Source: Balanoglossus misakiensis (lineage: Eukaryota; Animalia; Hemichordata). From it: a DNA stretch of 64,000 nucleotides. This document shows positions 1 to 14,900 of this stretch, piece after piece. The stretch is from contig CM082581.2 of the NCBI GenBank assembly GCA_040954595.2, forward strand, positions 9,527,878-9,591,877, written 5' to 3'. The notes under the pieces are model-generated. The model saw only the letters and a program-made list of their open reading frames with translations, was not told the DNA's origin and ran no database searches. A program made the translations under genes and the position numbers. Numbering within the stretch: position 1 is the first letter of the stretch; every line of letters begins with the position of its first letter.

Positions 1-3000
1 CGCCCGTTCTTTATTTAACTTGTTCACATTTGGCGGGAAAATAGAAATGCTAACATTGGGAGAGGTGTTCATATGTTCACTTTCAATTTAAATATGCCCA
101 AATATGGTCAAATGGCATGTCTATAGGTCTTCTAATGGCCAGGTGCAGGCGAACTTGTTTCGCGCAGGCCCCCCCCCCCCCAAAAAGAAAATATTAGATT
201 TTTTTATCTCAACTGTAGCTAAATTTGCATTCTACATGAGCGCATACATTTACCTTAATGCATTCCAAAGTAAGAAATATGAAATAATCAATGCATTGAT
301 AAATTAATGCAACACATATTTACCTGTAGATATGAAGGTAGTTTTCGCTTCATTGTGAATCGCGCTCCACACAATTGACGAAGTCAAACAATGCGCACCA
401 TGTTATAGAGCCACCGGTATACCCCTTAGGTTACGGGGAAATCTATATCGACTATAACAGTAGTTACTCGTTCATGAAATAGAAATCCGAGTATTCATTC
501 GATGCATGCATGCATGGGTGTATGTTGTGCGCATCTCAAATGTTCTTTAGAAATTCACTTTATTTACGTTTTAAAAAGAAGCTTGGATTTTGCGATTTTT
601 TGCTTCAAAAGATTCACTCGGATAGGCTAGCGGAAATTGTGGCCGATTCCTTTGAAAATCACACGGGGTACAATAATCAGATCTGTATTGTGTTTTTTTT
701 TTCGAAATCAGGCGTCACGTGACTTAGTTTCAAAAATGATTTGTATTTTACAAATTTTAGTGATCCTGTGGCCGGACACGTTTCGATATCTGCTATTATT
801 CTTGTTTACCATCGAACTCAGTTGCTTGATGATTGACTTTGACATTCGCAGAAAATTTGAAGAAGAAAAAAACACAACAACGGAGAATACCGCATGCAGA
901 ACGACATCCATACGCAATTTTGCGGTGCAAATGATCTGTTATATATGACACTGTCTGTAATAATTCACCGGGTGAACTTTCAATTTCCCGCAAACTCGGC
1001 AGATTCTCGTGGCGCATAAAGCGCGCAATACCCATCGTAATGAAACTCTTGACGCTATAAAGTGGTTTTCGTGTTGCTGAGTCGCCAGTTAATAACGCTT
1101 TAAGTGTCGCCCAGCTTCTACTCGGCACATCTGATGCATTACTTTTACTGCATGCTGTCAACTACATGCATTTTTTTCACTGGTTATAAACTCAGGGAAG
1201 ATCCGAATCGTGGATAAAGTTAAGAAATGGAGTTTTTATCGTGGGATAAGTGATTACCTGTCATATTGATGTTCTTATATTGAATTATAATGGACAACCG
1301 AAAAAAATCGAAATGTTTTATAGAAGGACACTACACAAGATACGTCATATCTTATGACATCATATTTTAGTCATAATGATTCTATCTATGTAGATTTATA
1401 GTTTGTAAGATTTCCGCGTCGTTTTTGATGAGAAATATGTCGCATGCAGTGTACATGTAGTGTCACCTTAAATGTAATTCTCCAGACAATTTCAACGCTT
1501 AGGCATCATTTTGTGAGCTAAAAACATATTTTCGTGAAATGCTCCTCACTGGTTGTGTGGACAAAACACTTTCATTGTATCATAACGTTATCACAAAATG
1601 TGCGTACAATATCGTAGTCCAAGCCTGTTATAATTAAATTTTACAATACCAGAGGCGCCTGTACTTGGTTATCTTGGCCCTTGGAAAGGATAAAGACACA
1701 ACGGGTGGGCGACACCTAAAATGACCATTTTAAGGCTGTGTGCCTTTCTAGAGGCTTAAAAGTGGGACTTTTTTGCGATAAAAAAGTAGTAAAAAACCCT
1801 CACGGTCATTATTGCACTATGAACGGATCAAGAGAGTATTATGTCAACGACATTATAGGCTGGTGATAAAAACAAACTTAATCTCAGCACAACGGTCATC
1901 TCTTGCAGTGCATGCGATTCAGGCATGCATTTGAAAGTGTAATGTATTTGAAGACTTCTTTTCCGAATAAATCGGTTACCCGGTGACCGTTTTACGCAGG
2001 AATATAAGGCGACGCATGATTTGACCGGTCAATATAACTGCTCTTCCAACAACACTGTTCATTGAGTTCACATTAGCCTTGTAACATACATCCCATAACA
2101 CCACTATTTCCCGCCTTTAATGGCCGATATCAAAACATTTACTATCGTATCGCTTGACGAAATGGTTAAATTTTAGTGTTTGAGGTCCATATAACAAAAC
2201 TGGGCTTTGGAATTATTGGTGAGATGACGAGACTCCAATAGCCGATGTAATATCACCGCGTTTCTTATTCAGTGCGCCTAAAACCACGATATTTGTGTAT
2301 TTCCACCAACAAATGGCAAGATTACGTGTTTCTTGTTCCTGTCAATTACCTCACCTATAATAAATTGATTGTTAGGCTTGTTTTGATGCCACATTGCTCA
2401 TATACATGTTTCTACATAGAACATGTATATGTAAGGTTTCAATGAAAAAGTAATGTTGGGATGCCCAAACGATGAAATACTTGACTAATGCACATTTACG
2501 TTTACGGACACAAAATTAATATAGTTCACATGACTGAAAGACGATGCTTAAAGAGCAGGGGCTAGGTACCGAACCATCTATAACACTGAATTAACTGTCA
2601 ATAACTGAGCTCCTGGCCTCTCGGTGGAATAAATCTGCCAAAAACCCGTATGTATGCCAATGTCACACCCTACTGCATAATCTTTGCCCCCAAACGATCA
2701 ATTGAAGGGATGCAGTGTCGTTTGAACCTTCATGAAAGGAGATAGAACATGCTCAGCAAATTTGCAATAAAACAAAACTCTTGGCAAATCACTTCACAAT
2801 TTACAGATCTGCTTTGCAAACTTCGTATAGTTTACCCTAGTTTGTGTTTGTTATAGTTTATAGAAGCAATACACGCCGCAGTGACAAGTGTTATACTCCA
2901 GCTACAAGGTGTCACACGAACACATACCTCAGGCCTTCTGGCAAAGGCGTACCCGACACGTGGCTTCTGTGCGCGTTCTCTGGTCGCCAAGGTATCTATC

Positions 3001-4988
3001 GCCGGTGTTGAAAATACCAAGTGTTCCGCATGTTCTATTGGCGACAGTGAGTCGCGGCCGCTGAAGGAAGGACGCACAAGGCGTACATTCTGGATATGGT
3101 TTCCCCGCGAGCGTGCTCGGTCGATATAAAGCGTCTGCTTTGTTATTGGGCACTCATCATTACCGCGAAGCAAAATCTCTTTGTTACGGCGTGTAATCCC
3201 CGTATCAGGTTAGCACTCTTAGGGGTGCCATTTGCGAAATGCAAGCGCCTTGGAGAATGTAATCAGACACCCTATCTCAATTAAAGATCTTGCTAAACTT
3301 TCTCTAAACCTCGTTTTCTTCACTTGGGTGATGTTCCTTATTGGAGAAGTAATTACCAATAGATAGGAATCGGCCGGCATTGAGTCTATGCAGTCAGAAT
3401 TTAAACAATACTAAGTCTCATTTCAAGGCCGGGTGCGCCTTGAAACTATAACACGGAAGAAAAGTTTCATGATTTATGACGGCTCATATTTGCGCACGGG
3501 AAGCGTAAATCACAAGCGTAAAAGTTGCTTGTGGTTACACGCTCAAATGAATGTTTTACGTGATTAGGTTATTTTGAACATTAGCACAAACCGCTGCGCT
3601 GCCAAGGGAACCAAATGCCTCCTCTAACCTTGAATCTCTCCAGCGGCTCTGCGGTATCACCTTAAAAACCAGGATGGAGAATTTCGTTAATTTCATGCAT
3701 TGTAGGTTTCTTGACAGGGGAAGATTATATGCTCAATTTAGTGCATCGTCATATATTTGTAAATTTCTTATCGAGGGGATAGGCATCTTTTTTCACTGTA
3801 TGCTGTACTTTACTTGGTCAATAACCAGTACGATATAAAACAGACAGGACATACGAGTATTTCAAATTCCTCTTTTTACCACTTCACACTATGCCCGCTG
3901 GAATGAAGTGACAAAGAAGCGCTCTGAATGAGTAGCTCACACAAAACATCTTCACTTGACACAAATATGAATCGTGTTTATTAATGTCAGTCCTATTCTA
4001 TCGCCTTGGCAACTCTTTCATGAAAGTAGTGTGGTTCCTTCACGTCTCCAAGGTCGACAGTTTTCGTGTCATTGTAACTTAGAGATGGACGTTCAAAACA
4101 GAAAGACATACAACTTGCCTATACAAAACGTGAGGTCGCATGAACATTCTCAAGTATGAGACTCAAAGCCAACGCGAACGCTGAACGAGGAGGGTAATAA
4201 TGCAATCGCAAACCCTGAGGTAGAATAAGCATTCTCGTTTTAATAGTTGTTGACCTAGGACAGCAAATTTCAATTTGTGATTCTACATGGATTATCCCTC
4301 ACAGAAACCAAGTCAAACTAACTAACACATTTTGCCCTCATTTTCTCAGTCTTTATTCTGAAATTAATCATATACCAGCTCGCACACCCCTCGTTCAATT
4401 AGGGACGGATGTTTTATGTCAGCCATTAATCATTATATTACGGACGGATTATTTTCATTTTATAGCTGTTTTCTAATCCGGAATAGAAATTATACGTGTT
4501 TTTTGTAAGTGTGCAATCAATTGTGGAATGTGTCGAAGACCGCCAAAGGGCCTGCTGTGGCATATATCCATGAATGTGAACTTTTTAGGACAAAAGAACA
4601 CGGAGTAAGTCACGTGATGAGTATCAATAAAAAACAAGCAGGTAAAAGAGTTAAAGGGGTTTTTCAGTTGTTATGAAAGTTTTGACCTGGGGAATTTTGA
4701 CTGTGGTTATATCTATTTGTGGACGATTTTTGTAGCTTTAAGAAAATAACTAAAAACACTGGTTAAATACATGCACATTATGTAAAATACAACTTGACAC
4801 TTGACACGTGACTACAACAGTGAAACATTTAACTTATTTGAAGCTCCCGATCACCGTTCATGCGCCTCGTTTTCACCACTACAAAGATGGCCGGTCTAAT
4901 GCAGTCCTGTCAGACGTTCTTACATGGGCTTCTTATGCGCACTCATATTTTAACTAGAAAATGAATTTTTACAAATTGTCATTCATTC

Positions 4989-5060
4989 TTTCCCGAGGAC
5001 AGATCGGTAAACATTTTCCCTAAATATTTAGTCCACTTTTCCCCAGGACAGATCGGGAAA
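4989..5060. repeat. 23-bp direct repeat, 2 copies
   Basis: tttcccgaggacagatcggtaaa (4989-5011) and tttccccaggacagatcgggaaa (5038-5060); 21/23 identical. Confidence 0.8.
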
Positions 5061-5619
5061 ATATGACCTCTTATAAGAATCGACGGGTGAATCATTACTC
5101 TTTCCCGGAATTCCTCCGGCTCCGGCCCGATTCCCATGAGAACCGAAAATTTCCCGACTGCTCTCTCATTAGTGCTCGCTTAAGGACATACTTTTGGTTT
5201 TTAACGACCTAACAAAATTAAGGTTACAGCTATTGAGATCTTGTTTTCTACATTTGGTTGTGCCAGAATATTATGAAATCACAAAGGGTGGGAAAATTGT
5301 TATGTAAATGTCAGCCATGCTATTATATTAGGCTACCTAGGGAAGTCAGCATCCTGCCTGAATAACATGAATTATAGCCCATAATATTCAACCAGCAGTG
5401 TCGGAAGTGAAGAATCTAAGAACGGTATGCAAAATAACATCAAATTTCAGGCCAATGTATAAGCTTATGGCAGTGTATGGCAGTGTACGGTTAAGTCGGG
5501 CATATTAGAACTCGTATTGTTGTGAAGAAAAGCAAGAAAACATGATAAACTGCACTGTGATTCAGCGGAAGGCGTAAAACTAATCTGGGTTAAATGTTTT
5601 CGCGTTGATTTAGAAAAAT

Positions 5620-5930
5620 GGCGATGAGGAATACGGTCAATATGCTGTCAAGTGCCTTCGTATATTATGATCCTATTTTGAGAAGCTGCCGCCGAAGAAC
5701 AGTTATGACCTCCAAATACCTGAAGGAAAGAAACGATCGTTTTATTCATCCCACAAGAGTTTAAAAAGCAAGGCGTTTTATCGGGAGCGTCTCTCTTGTG
5801 GGCTGTAGTTCATTTTATTGTCGTTTGTTCCGTTGATATAGTGAAGATCTTTCAGATCCTAAAGTAAACTTTCAATAGCTGCATGTGGGCGACAGAGAGA
5901 CCCTTTTTGAAAAGACTAGCAGGGGGCAAT
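5620..5930 (+). mobile_element. Possible decayed Crypton/DUF3504-type tyrosine-recombinase fragment
   Basis: Interrupted translation YAVKCLRIL*SYFEK...RSFYSS...FY, then VDIVK...TFN...LKRLAGG, resembles the N-terminal core of Crypton/KCTD1-like recombinases. Recognised by eye, with stops and frameshifts. Confidence 0.3.
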
Positions 5931-8900
5931 TTTCTGTCAAATATGCACAGCCAGTTAACCAATCAATCAGCCCGTCTGTTTGCGTCAAAATATTCATACA
6001 GAGCCAGATTTTCATTTACACGGTCGCTACTTTACTTTCTTTGTCAGCACATACATAACACTTATACTGTCATTTTAATGGTAGCATTTCTCGACAAATA
6101 CAACTCCTTCTGCCAGTACTATGTTCAGCTTGTGGAAGTATGAGAAAAAGTATCCCTCCTTTCATCTTTCCCTTGCTAACTTTCCCCCTCTACTAAGGCT
6201 GTTACGAGAAGACACGTCCATGCGTGCGTGCTCGAAATATAACATATGGTCCCACGTATCTCATCTATTGTGTTCAAGTTGATTGAACTTCTCGTTGGCA
6301 AATCCCCCAAAGAACTTTTACCACGAACTGAATATATTGACCGTGACAAAAGTAACATACCAGTGATTTATAACGGGGGGAATCATTCCAGTCCCATGCT
6401 TTAAATGTTCGCCATTTATGAAGATAGTCAGTCCCTCGGGGGGAAGGGTCTAAACCCACTGGCATTTGGACACTTTTCTTGTTCTGTAAGGTTCCCATTT
6501 TCTCGTAGAGCACAAAGTTTATTTCCGACAATTAATCAATATAGGACAAGGGTCAAGATATTAAAATGACCACTTTCAGAAGCTCAGAATGCCGAAGTTG
6601 AAGAACTTGAATCCTCCGAGTCAATCAGTCTGACCTTTTTAATGACCGGTCTGGTAATTTCAGTCATTTACCTATCAGCAGAATTGAACTTATATCGTTT
6701 ATCGATTATACGATAGTGTGCTTTTCGTTTCGTATAGGATTAGCGGAAGGCCGTTTTATGCCTATAAACAACGTTTACAGTTCGGCTATCATGTTGAAAT
6801 TTGAGATAACCTTTAGACTCGTCTCCACCGTAATCCCAACCTTTTAGAGCAGTATCACCCCAACAAACTACACTGTCATTCGTCACGAGTGATGTTTTAG
6901 GGTTCTAGTCAAGACCGACTAGCAGCGTTGTAAGGCTTGTCCGTCCTCAGGAAACCACTTCAGCATTCCCCAAGCTCTGCAACACGCGCAAAACGACAGC
7001 TTTCAAGAGGCCATTGAGTGTAATGAATTGGAACGCCACTCCAATCGAGACTTTACTAGCAATATATCATGACACAGGAGCGACTGCAATCGGGTCGTGG
7101 AATCGTTACAAGCCTCGTGAATTTTTGCGAGATTTTAATACACCGTTACCAATTGCATTACGTTTCGCAAGCCTTCGATTACTTACGCTAATGCGAAAAA
7201 CCGTAGAGAATTCGTTTTACGTTCAAGAGGATAATGCCAATTTATTCCTCTGTGGTGATTGGCGCGATATTGCTGCTGCGGTCAATTTCAAGTAGACACA
7301 ATTATTGCAATTTTGTGAAAACGAGAGTCTCAGATTCGTGTTTATAGCTTCTCTCTTGGTCTGGGGGAAACCTTTCTTTGTTCATGTGAAGCATGGCCAC
7401 CGTCAAACCACCAGGGGAATCCTTGCGTGGTGAGCGACTCTTCCCTAGCGAGTTCAAAGCAATTCTGTGTGAAGCATAAAGACAACCGTACGTATCACCA
7501 GAACACCGACTCTTGTTCCTGACAGTTGAAAAAGCGGTACATTAATCCTAAGGCACCTTTTAAAGTGTTTAAAGTACGGGGATCTGTTGAACTTGGTGAT
7601 TTTTATAGAAAAACCTATTAATGCGTTCTAGAATTCCCGCTGATAGAAAGGCAACTAAAATACTGAAACCAGCTAAGAAAACCCAATATGTACAGTACAA
7701 ACCAGGCATAAGCTCTCTTATAACGACAGTTTCTAACTAAATATGTACACTTAACTTCACATTGGGGAACTACACTGTCAACGAATGTTTTGACTAACAC
7801 GTCACACTGCGATACACATTAAGTTCAATCTGTATTGCCGTGAAGGTATTTTAAACCGTGCTTGAAACCCATCATGTATTTATTCATGTGGTGAACCACT
7901 GTGATTGCCAGCAGCGAATGTGTTTGAATACCCTATTTGTGACGAAATGTTTTTTCATCATGATGGCATTTCGGACAAAAGTGAAATATGACATGTTTAT
8001 GAAATACGACATCAATAAATGTGATATGTTAATGCAAGGTAGTTCCGATAGCTTTGATGCTTTTTTTGCGATTATTTTTCTATTGCTTGACAGGTGTTGA
8101 ACTTCTAAAGGTAGATTTTGACAAAACATGTTTTCGTGGCTATACTGGGTGAAGTACTAAAAACAACATAAAACAGCATTACGTAAAATGTTCTTGACAA
8201 ATCAGCAACGAGCTAACAGAACCGAATAATAGTGAATGTACTAGAGGTCCCCCCAGCTTTGCATTTCATGTCTCCCAGATTTCGAAAGTTTGTATCTGTT
8301 GTATCTCAGTCTGTAATAGAGCAACTGTCTACTTGTTTCTTTCGACGTATAATTGACTGCTTTCAAATGTTTATTACGAAATTTCAAATGTCAACCTACG
8401 ATGATCAACCGTCTGAACTCAAAGGAAACAAATATCACTTGATATTGTTTTCATGTGAAATTCGTTCATCTATGTGGCGCCGTCTCATACGGCTGTCCTG
8501 TCGACCTAGATCGCGACATTTACACGAGAATATTCCATTAAGAATAGGTTCATCTAATATGCGCCCTTGTATTTCAAATTGGTGTCATCTGATACTACAG
8601 TTGGGGTCGTGCCACGTTTACACAATATACAGTTTCACCTGTTAATGACTTATGGGTGTTAAGAAGCGATGCTTTCTCGTTAGTTACACGTTCGTTTTGT
8701 TCGTTTTTTTACGCGTGTAGAATGATGACAACCTTGATTACATAGAAATTGAATAGAATACTCATTATTTTTTTCGTAGTTTCCGTATGGATTCTTAACA
8801 GCACAAAGAAAAAAAAAACTAACATTTTTTTGTTTGTTGTGATGGGTGAAAAATCTTCGTTGTCGTGGATACACGTGTGCAAAGAGAGTCAGATGACGCG

Positions 8901-11900
8901 GTGTGTTTAATATTTCCGCCGGTCCTATTAGCAAAGATTTCCAATTAGAATGGCCGTCGTGACTCTAGCGCCGATCATCAAAGAGAAAACGGGCTCTACC
9001 TGCTGTTCTGCATTGCGTACCGAGATCAACGCCCAACTGTTCCGGGCCGCTTTGCGGTCATCGACTTGTACAGGATGACGGCGAGTGAATGAAACGACAT
9101 ATTAAACTTCGATTGTGCTGAGCCACGCTCGAATTTAGCCGGAAAGCGGGAGTAATTTTCGAACGTCACGGACAGTCTTTGTGAATCTGCGTCATGAAAA
9201 GTTGACTAAATCATACACCGAACAACTGTTACAAAATTTAATGTCCGTAATGTAGGACGATTTACGCTACCGCCAAAGAAAAATCATCACGTTTCTGTGT
9301 AAGCCTCCTCTATATTTGTATGATATACATTTATGGCTTTTTATTGAACGGCACAGATTATGTTAGTCGCTGGTGGGGATTGTATGTTATCAGAGGGATT
9401 AAAACAACGCTTGAAGCTCTAATTATTTCCACTGTTTCAGATGGAGGACTGAACCACCCCACGCTGAGGATAGACATTGAAAGCTCTGATGTATAGTGTT
9501 TTGCTTTTCGCACACGTGCAGCGCGGCAAGATTATCAAGTTATGCAAGCAATACCCACATTCGACATGAACGACATACATACATGTACATGCAGACAGAC
9601 AGCGAGACAGACACAGACAGACAAGGTGATGTGTATGGCGCATGGATTTGTGCGAGTCTGTTGTCCTACGGTGTCATTTTCATTCTAATATTTCATTATG
9701 TGCACAATTCTTTCATACCCACTCGAATGTGCCGTTCAACTGGGTAAACAGAGCAAGATCTACAATGCTTCAGGATATTATTCTCGAATGTACATGTAGG
9801 CTAATCAAAATGCCAGTTCAGTCCCCGGTCGCTTTCCAAGTCTGAACAACAAGCTCAGAATACATTTTGAATGGGACAGTACCTGTAACCTTTGAATATA
9901 TTCTAGTAGAATAGTCCTATTTATCAACCATATTTTCCTTTCTACTCCCCACAGCAAAATAAAATATATACCTAGTATTCTGCTTGACAACACAGCGTGA
10001 GCATGTGTTAACAAATCAAGTCGCGTTGATTTGTTAACGATGGGCTGAATATTGGCAGTATTGTCATCATGTTCAAGGAACAGAACAAGCAGCTAATTTA
10101 CACATGATGAAGAGAATAGCGAACGAATACCCTCCACATGTTGGTACATTACATGACATTATTACATAATACTGCGCATTCCGCGAAAAAAATGGTGTCT
10201 TGGCATAGAACAAAGAAGTGATAATGAACACGAGCCAACACAATATGTCTGGAGACACTTTCTATGATTATTCCACAAACGTTTGACTCTACACTACGTA
10301 ATGGTCTATTTAATGTTGCGTAATGCAACCATTTCTGTGTTCAGGTTGGCTGGTCAACACGGCAGAGCATTTGGGAATGTCTTTCCCATAAATTGTCTGG
10401 GATTTTCAGCATTTACTGGACATGAAGCTCACGAGAGAATGAACAGGACAGCAGTAAACCATGTAACGGTCGCTCTGAAGTAGACACCTGGGCTCTATAT
10501 TTTTATTATAACGCATTTACACAACCCGGAGTGCAGACAGGAGTGCGAAAGACGCACAGTGATATCAGGTGGTCGATCAGACCGGCACTATTTTCATGAC
10601 GTAGTCGACAGCTTGGATGTATAATAGACGCATAATGTTGGTTATACGAAAACATCTTATAGAGATACATGTACGTATCGTTGTCTCCCATCAATGTATC
10701 CGAGATTTGACGTGAACATTCCTATTGTTCTTTCTTTGTCTTTGCTATGGATAATTAAGAGTTATGACATTTTGAAATGATTTGGAGATTTTGGAAACTA
10801 TTGTCGCAGTGGTGAAAGCATGATAGGAGAGAGGCATGCAGAATTTGGAGGAGACTTATGACAGGCTACTGAGGGCAGTGGCTCAAAAGTTCGTCAAGGG
10901 CGGAGGGAGTTCGTTGCTTGTTCCTCACTTGTTCTAGCTTGTGTCAAGTGTTTCGGTTCAGGTTATGAGTGAGAGATACATGTGTATCAGTCACGTTTAT
11001 CCTTGAGAGGCAGGAATCACTGTCTGGGATCAGACATCGCCCATTACCTCAAAAACAAACGCAATCAGGTCAGTGTGTTGACGAAGGCAACTTCCCGCGT
11101 CTCTCTAGTGACACCTGAAACTGATGACAAACAGGAAAACGCTCATATTTGAGGTGACGTCAGAATTTGGTAACATAGTGTCGCCTTTCGATTGCCACGG
11201 GCACCTTTAGTGGTTTCGTCATCAACATGACGACAATTTAAGGTTTAAACTTTTCAAAAACAAAAACAGGCAAGACTCATTATGTTTCAGTTCAACTTTA
11301 AAATACAGACTTTTCGTTTTTGTTTCACTTTATGAGCGAACATTAATCGAAGTGTACACGGTATACTTGCCTACTGTGTACGTATTAGTCCGGGAAATAA
11401 GTTCATACATGTATCATAATACATATACATGTACATTATGTTTAAAGAAAGTTGGGAAGGTTAAAGTCTTGTGGCATTCCAGCGACCCATTAACGAAATT
11501 ATACCATGATATCTTTTTTATGCAGCTTATACATGTCTGACGGGCTGGCCGGTATACCTGAAAATGCCTATCTCATTGATTCAAAGCGACTCTTTGTGGA
11601 CAGTTTTGATCGTGATGATATTTCAGCTACAATAATCCGACCGTTGCTTCAGGCCCGAAAAGCTAGCCCGTCTACAGTCAGATATTAGTTAACAATAACA
11701 TATTGCAAATTATGGGGTCATGTGTTTGACTGTGGATTTTTCTGCAGAGTGACATTTTAGAAGCCGTTTCTGTGACTGCCGCTTTTACTCGGGAGACAGT
11801 CGCTCATTACTCGATACTCCACATCTCTGAACACCCCTTCAAGTCATACGCTACCGGAAATTACCTTTCATCCATTGTTGGGGTGAATGTTGTGGCGTTG

Positions 11901-14900
11901 CGTGGTGATATAGAATCTAATAAAGATAAATTAATTTAGCCAGAGGCTCTGGCCATAGATGGAGCTAAGGTTTCGGTGCGGTGTATAGCAACGAGAGCAT
12001 TATTCAATACTCTGTCTGGTGGGGATACATTACTATTTTTTTCTAATGAAACTACCTCCTGCCGAGGTTTTCCTTGTTCTAGGTTTGACCTTTTTAGAAG
12101 AGATTCTAATGGTTCTTGGAGTAAACGGTGGATTCGTTATGCCTCTGCGAGCGTAACATTTAATGAATTGCTTTCCAGTTATTTTGGTTTCTGGTGAATC
12201 ATTTAGAGCCCGATACGCTACATTCTTGCCATGGGCGGTTTTTATTCTCTTGTGTCGTCATTACAGGCGCACAAAACCGCAAACCTTAAATATGAAACAC
12301 GGAAGTTCTTTGAAGTGTTTCTGCGGCCAAGTAATCAGAGATAGGTTTGTTAGGTGTCTGATCGAAGACCATTTAAATCTCCAGAGGTATACGTGCATGA
12401 CTATCTCATTATGGTTCATAATATGCGTACATGTATATTCAAATACTAACCTCATTTTGCGGCAGTGGGAACATCGCAATAGATACAGAAAGTCTAGCTA
12501 ACTTATCATTGACGTCCAAAGTTTTCAGATATTTACGTTTTCACAAAATGGTAGCCATAGTGAATTCACGCCCTCTTGCGGGTACAGGCAATTTGGATCC
12601 CGCACCAGAAAGGTCAGGTATATGACGTCACGTACGAACAGAATCGGAGGCATAATTGCTACTCTAAAACAATGCACAATGAAATGCTTTAGTTTTTACC
12701 ACCGTTTTGCACACACACCCCGATCTCAGTGCCATTCGGTACTAAACTAATGTAAAGTGGAATCGCGTTGAATAGTATCATGGTGTAGCATGGTGTATCT
12801 TTAAGAGAAAACGCGGAAAGCGTCGAAGGAATTTCAACACGAAGTTTTCACCGTGATGTGAAATTTTCGGAGTGCATTCAGAGCTACTGAAGTGATACGT
12901 GAACGTTGGCACGGCGTGCCATACTGAAAATGTCATGCGCGCCTGCGAATGGGATGATGAGTAAAAATAATAAGGGATGATCAGGCATACGCACTAAACG
13001 ATATGTTGCCGGGTTGAATAGAAATCCATGGGCAGAAAATCACGCTCCTCCTGAAAGCAACAGATCTCCATCCATCGGAACAATGGTCTTTTAGTAGAGC
13101 CTTCTTTCACGTCTGAATAATGCCGAGAAAATTGGCGCGTATCATCGAGACGAAAATGATGAATCTGTTCGCACGTCTTTGAAACAAAATCATGCATTCG
13201 GCGCGGTGTAAATCGCTTGAAAATCACCGAAGTAGTAACTGGCGCCTTTGTTAAGGGGGGGGGGGGTACTTCCCGATGAGAATACATCACCAGAGGACAA
13301 TTTAAGGCTTTTATGGGCGACACGTATACAAGTCACGCAGTATGTTAGTTACTAATAACTATAAAAACCGCTTCTAACACCAGTTTAATTACTTTCATAT
13401 ATTCCCATGAAAGACAAAGAGATGACAATATTCCTTTATCGTGCACAGTAACATATTGTTATTATGAACGATTTTCAACATTCGTTTCCTTTACCGCAGT
13501 CTCCAGACAATCATATCAATTGCATTTACCAGCAAACACAAACCGTTGATTCGCAAGTAAACATGGTTTCAGGCTACCTCATGTTTACTTTGCTGTAAAT
13601 GTCAGTTGCACACGTCGCCCTGCATGAGACTATGCACAAACAGTGCCACAAAAGTTCAGTATACAATTTAAGCACAGAGGCAAGAGACTGCCACCAATTC
13701 ATCTAATGACATATATGAGTAACTCCTAAAGATTCACTCTCTACACACACACCAATCTCAGCATACGGCCTGATTACCTTTCCGCTAAAGGGTAGGGCTT
13801 ATTTTAGAGTTATTTTGTGTAAGTCCAACCCTTTCAATTGCTAGTATAATCAAAATACACGTTGCTCGAGTTTTACCATTTCCCCGCCAAGGTTAGTTCT
13901 TAGAAAAATGGCCGCGGAGCCAAGGGCTGACCTGCCGGTCTCCTCAGTCTGAAAGCTAATCCTGAACTCGGAATTCATCCATTTTCGACCTAACACACAT
14001 CTCATCATTCTCGAGGCCGCATGTGGTTATTGTCGCTCTTAAATGCTCACTGTGATCATGCAGCGGTTATCCAAAGAGTCTGTAGTCTCTAGGGTGCTCG
14101 CGACGCGTGTATACATGTACCAAACGCACGGTGAACAGAGAATATAGGATGAGGCATGCAAGATTAATCGGACATGAATGTGCCAAGCAACAGGTCACAG
14201 TGTCATGCGTATCACTAGGGCAATAGAAATGATGGATAGCGTGATTGTCACTGCATTTCACGTAGGCGCAAAAAAAGCGCGCACAGATGTTGACCCATGC
14301 GCCAATATTCCAATTAGAATAGTTATCACTGTGTCCACAGGTGTTCAAGGCCATTACTTTATTTCTCCTTCCTGTCGCTGTTTACATCAAAGGATGTAGC
14401 ACTCAGTTTAACAGCAATGCCACATATGTCACAGAAACGTGTTCAAAGTTTTAAGAGTGCAGAAGAACGGATCAATAGCATATGGGTAATTTTAATCAGG
14501 CGATGCTATTGCTGCATGTATGTGCCGTCGTGGATCTAACGAATGTGCCTATATTTCCTTTACAGGATATTGAAAATATTGGTGACAGGTTGCACTACAA
14601 TGGTACATGTATGGCCATGTATGGTCAGAGGATGAGCGTCAGAGTTTGTCGCGGCAAAAACCCTTCGGACAGATATGAGATCATTAGCGGGTTCATGGAA
14701 AAGACTCCATTGGCAATAAAAATCACCAATTAACATTCCCGCGAGGATTCAATTATCCTTTAGGAGTATCGCATATAGAACAATGCAAAATCTTAATAGA
14801 GTAAACAGCCTCTTCCTAAAGTATTTTTTTTTTCAATGTCAGAGAAGACTCTGTAACATTAATCGTCGTAGTGATAATGGCATATTCCGTCTTTAACAGC

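Noticed and set aside
2399-2431. 12-bp-arm hairpin catatacatgtt...aacatgtatatg
   Set aside because: Short, AT-rich and built from the locally abundant ACATGT motif. No evidence of function.
7014-7295. VMNWNA and LFLCGDW as LINE endonuclease motifs; also SSSIETFK at 22200-22487 (-) as a LINE C-terminus
   Set aside because: Too few motifs to separate from chance.
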